The position numbers and the translations under genes were made by a program. Below the pieces are notes generated by a model, which had not been told where the DNA came from, searched no databases, and was given only the letters and a program-made list of their open reading frames with translations. A stretch of 64,000 bases of DNA, taken from positions 2,304,001 to 2,368,000 of the forward strand of contig CBDDFZ010000001.1 of NCBI GenBank assembly GCA_965227515.1, read 5' to 3'. Shown here in pieces: positions 62,549-64,000 of the stretch. Each line of letters starts with the position of its first letter. Positions within the stretch are counted from its first letter, which is position 1. This DNA is from Alphaproteobacteria bacterium (GTDB taxonomy: Bacteria > Pseudomonadota > Alphaproteobacteria > CALKHQ01).

Positions 62549-63310
62549 TCAGGCTCCCCGCAACGCCAAGGCCCGGTCGGGCTGATCCGTGGTCAGTTCG
62601 TCGATGTCCGCGTCGAGCCAGGCACGGATGGCGTCGTCGCCGTTGACCGTCCAGACCCCGATGCCGAGTTCGAGCTCGCGCGCCCGCAGCAGCAGAGGCT
62701 CGTGCGCCGCGGGGCCCTGGCCGATGTTGTCCGGCACCCGCTGGCCGAGGCCGATCATGCCGGCGCCGAGCGTTGCGGCGTCTTCCACGTTCAGCAGCAT
62801 GTCCTCGGTCGACATGCCGTTGCGCCAGCTATAGAGGGCGGCCATCGGTACCGACGGGCGGGCCTGGCGCAACGCAACCAGGATCTCGCGGTCGAAGGTG
62901 ATGATCACGGTGCGGCCGGCCATGGCGTGGCGGTCGACCGAGTCCAGCACCCGGCCGACATAGTAGTCGGCGGGCAGGTCGCCCTGCTCGCGCTTCATCT
63001 CCAGGCGCAGGCCGACCGGGCTTGCCGCGACGACCGCCAGCACATCGTCAAGGGTCGGGATCGGCTCGTCGTTGGCACTGAGCGTGATCTCCGCCAGCGC
63101 GCGGTCGTTCTTGTCGCGGAACAGGCCGCTGGCGGCGGTCAGCCGGTCGAGGTCCTCGTCATGGAACACCCACGGCGTGCCATCGGAACTGAGCCGCGTG
63201 TCCAGTTCCACCGCGTCCAGCTCCGGCATCGCGACGGCGTTGCGGAAGGCGGTCAGGCTGTTCTCGGGCCACAAATCGGCGCCGCCGCGATGGGCCGTGA
63301 TGCCGGTCAT
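62549..63310 (-). CDS. Glycerophosphodiester phosphodiesterase
   Basis: AHRGG, PENS, ELD, HD, WTVN, TTDQP. Confidence 0.9.
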   Translation of the reverse strand: MTGITAHRGGADLWPENSLTAFRNAVAMPELDAVELDTRLSSDGTPWVFHDEDLDRLTAASGLFRDKNDRALAEITLSANDEPIPTLDDVLAVVAASPVGLRLEMKREQGDLPADYYVGRVLDSVDRHAMAGRTVIITFDREILVALRQARPSVPMAALYSWRNGMSTEDMLLNVEDAATLGAGMIGLGQRVPDNIGQGPAAHEPLLLRARELELGIGVWTVNGDDAIRAWLDADIDELTTDQPDRALALRGA

Positions 63311-64000
63311 GACACTTCCTCCGCTTCGCTTTCGCGCGGCCTGCCGCCGGTGCCGGGCTTGCGGGTCAGTGCGGAGACAACGCCGTGCAGGGTGCGCAGT
63401 TCCTGGTCGGTCAGGGCGGTGCGCTGGAACAGGTTGCGCAAATTGCGCACCACGGTCGGCCGCTGCTCGACATTGCGCAGGAAGCCGGTGGCGTCCAGCT
63501 CGCGCTCCAGCCGCTCCATGAACCCGATAAGCTCGTCCTTGGTGGCGGGCGGCGAGCCCTTGTCCTCGAACGTGCGCGCCTCGGTGTCGTCGGCCACCTG
63601 ATACCACTCGTAGCCGACCAGCAGCACCGACTGGCCGAGGTTGAGCGAAGCGAAGGCCGGGTTCAGCGGCACGGTCACCACGGCGTCGGCCAGCACCACG
63701 TCGTCGTTGGTGAGGCCGGAGCGTTCCGGGCCGAAGATGATGGCGCTGGCCAGCCCCGCCCGTGCCTTTTCCCGCAGTTCGGCCGCCGCCTCGCGCGCGG
63801 TGTAGATCGGCTTGGCCATGAAGCGGTGGCGCGCCGTGGTCGCCAGCACATAGCGCCGGTCGGCCAGCGCGGCGGCCGTGGTGTCGAACAGGCTGACTTT
63901 CACCGCCTCGTCCAGCGCGCCGGAGGCCATCGCCTGCGCCTTCTCGTTCGGCCAGCCGTCGCGCGGATTGACCAGCCGCAGGTCGGTCAGCCCGCAGTTC
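63307..64000 (-). CDS. trmJ: TrmJ-family tRNA (C32/U32) 2'-O-methyltransferase, 5' end outside the window
   Basis: LRLVNPR, ATTAR, FGPERSGLTN, SLNLGQSV. Confidence 0.85.
   Translation of the reverse strand, partial: NCGLTDLRLVNPRDGWPNEKAQAMASGALDEAVKVSLFDTTAAALADRRYVLATTARHRFMAKPIYTAREAAAELREKARAGLASAIIFGPERSGLTNDDVVLADAVVTVPLNPAFASLNLGQSVLLVGYEWYQVADDTEARTFEDKGSPPATKDELIGFMERLERELDATGFLRNVEQRPTVVRNLRNLFQRTALTDQELRTLHGVVSALTRKPGTGGRPRESEAEEVS

Overview
This is a high-GC alphaproteobacterial chromosomal window; gene order and the FtsZ tail [12 protein letters not shown] point to a Rhodospirillales-like organism. The centre (27.6-53.0 kb) is an intact dcw cluster: mraZ-rsmH-ftsL-ftsI-murE-murF-mraY-murD-ftsW-murG-murC-murB-ddl-ftsQ-ftsA-ftsZ-lpxC-bamD-recN-ligA. 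Housekeeping genes flank it (SCO, gabD, nudC, xylB, gpmA, fumC, trmJ). The 4.3-19 kb region is accessory. It holds a 284-bp MITE with CTAG target duplication and a five-gene envelope operon (solute-binding/OmpA fusion, vWA, OmpA, Coq4-like HDxxH protein, XpaC). An AT-rich PIN-like orphan follows that operon. The region also has a GltS symporter translationally coupled to an extended lipoprotein TAXI binding protein, two divergent secreted peptidases, and a sigma-EcfG-type promoter preceding two unannotated 23-24 aa membrane peptides that flank a membrane protein. Non-coding signals include 10-bp-phased MraZ-type boxes, seven GANTC sites in about 200 bp of murG, two CtrA-like sites before lpxC, REP-like palindromes and a two-copy ~100-bp hairpin repeat. 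No rRNA, tRNA, CRISPR array or transposase was seen. All family calls come from motif recognition by eye, with no database searches.
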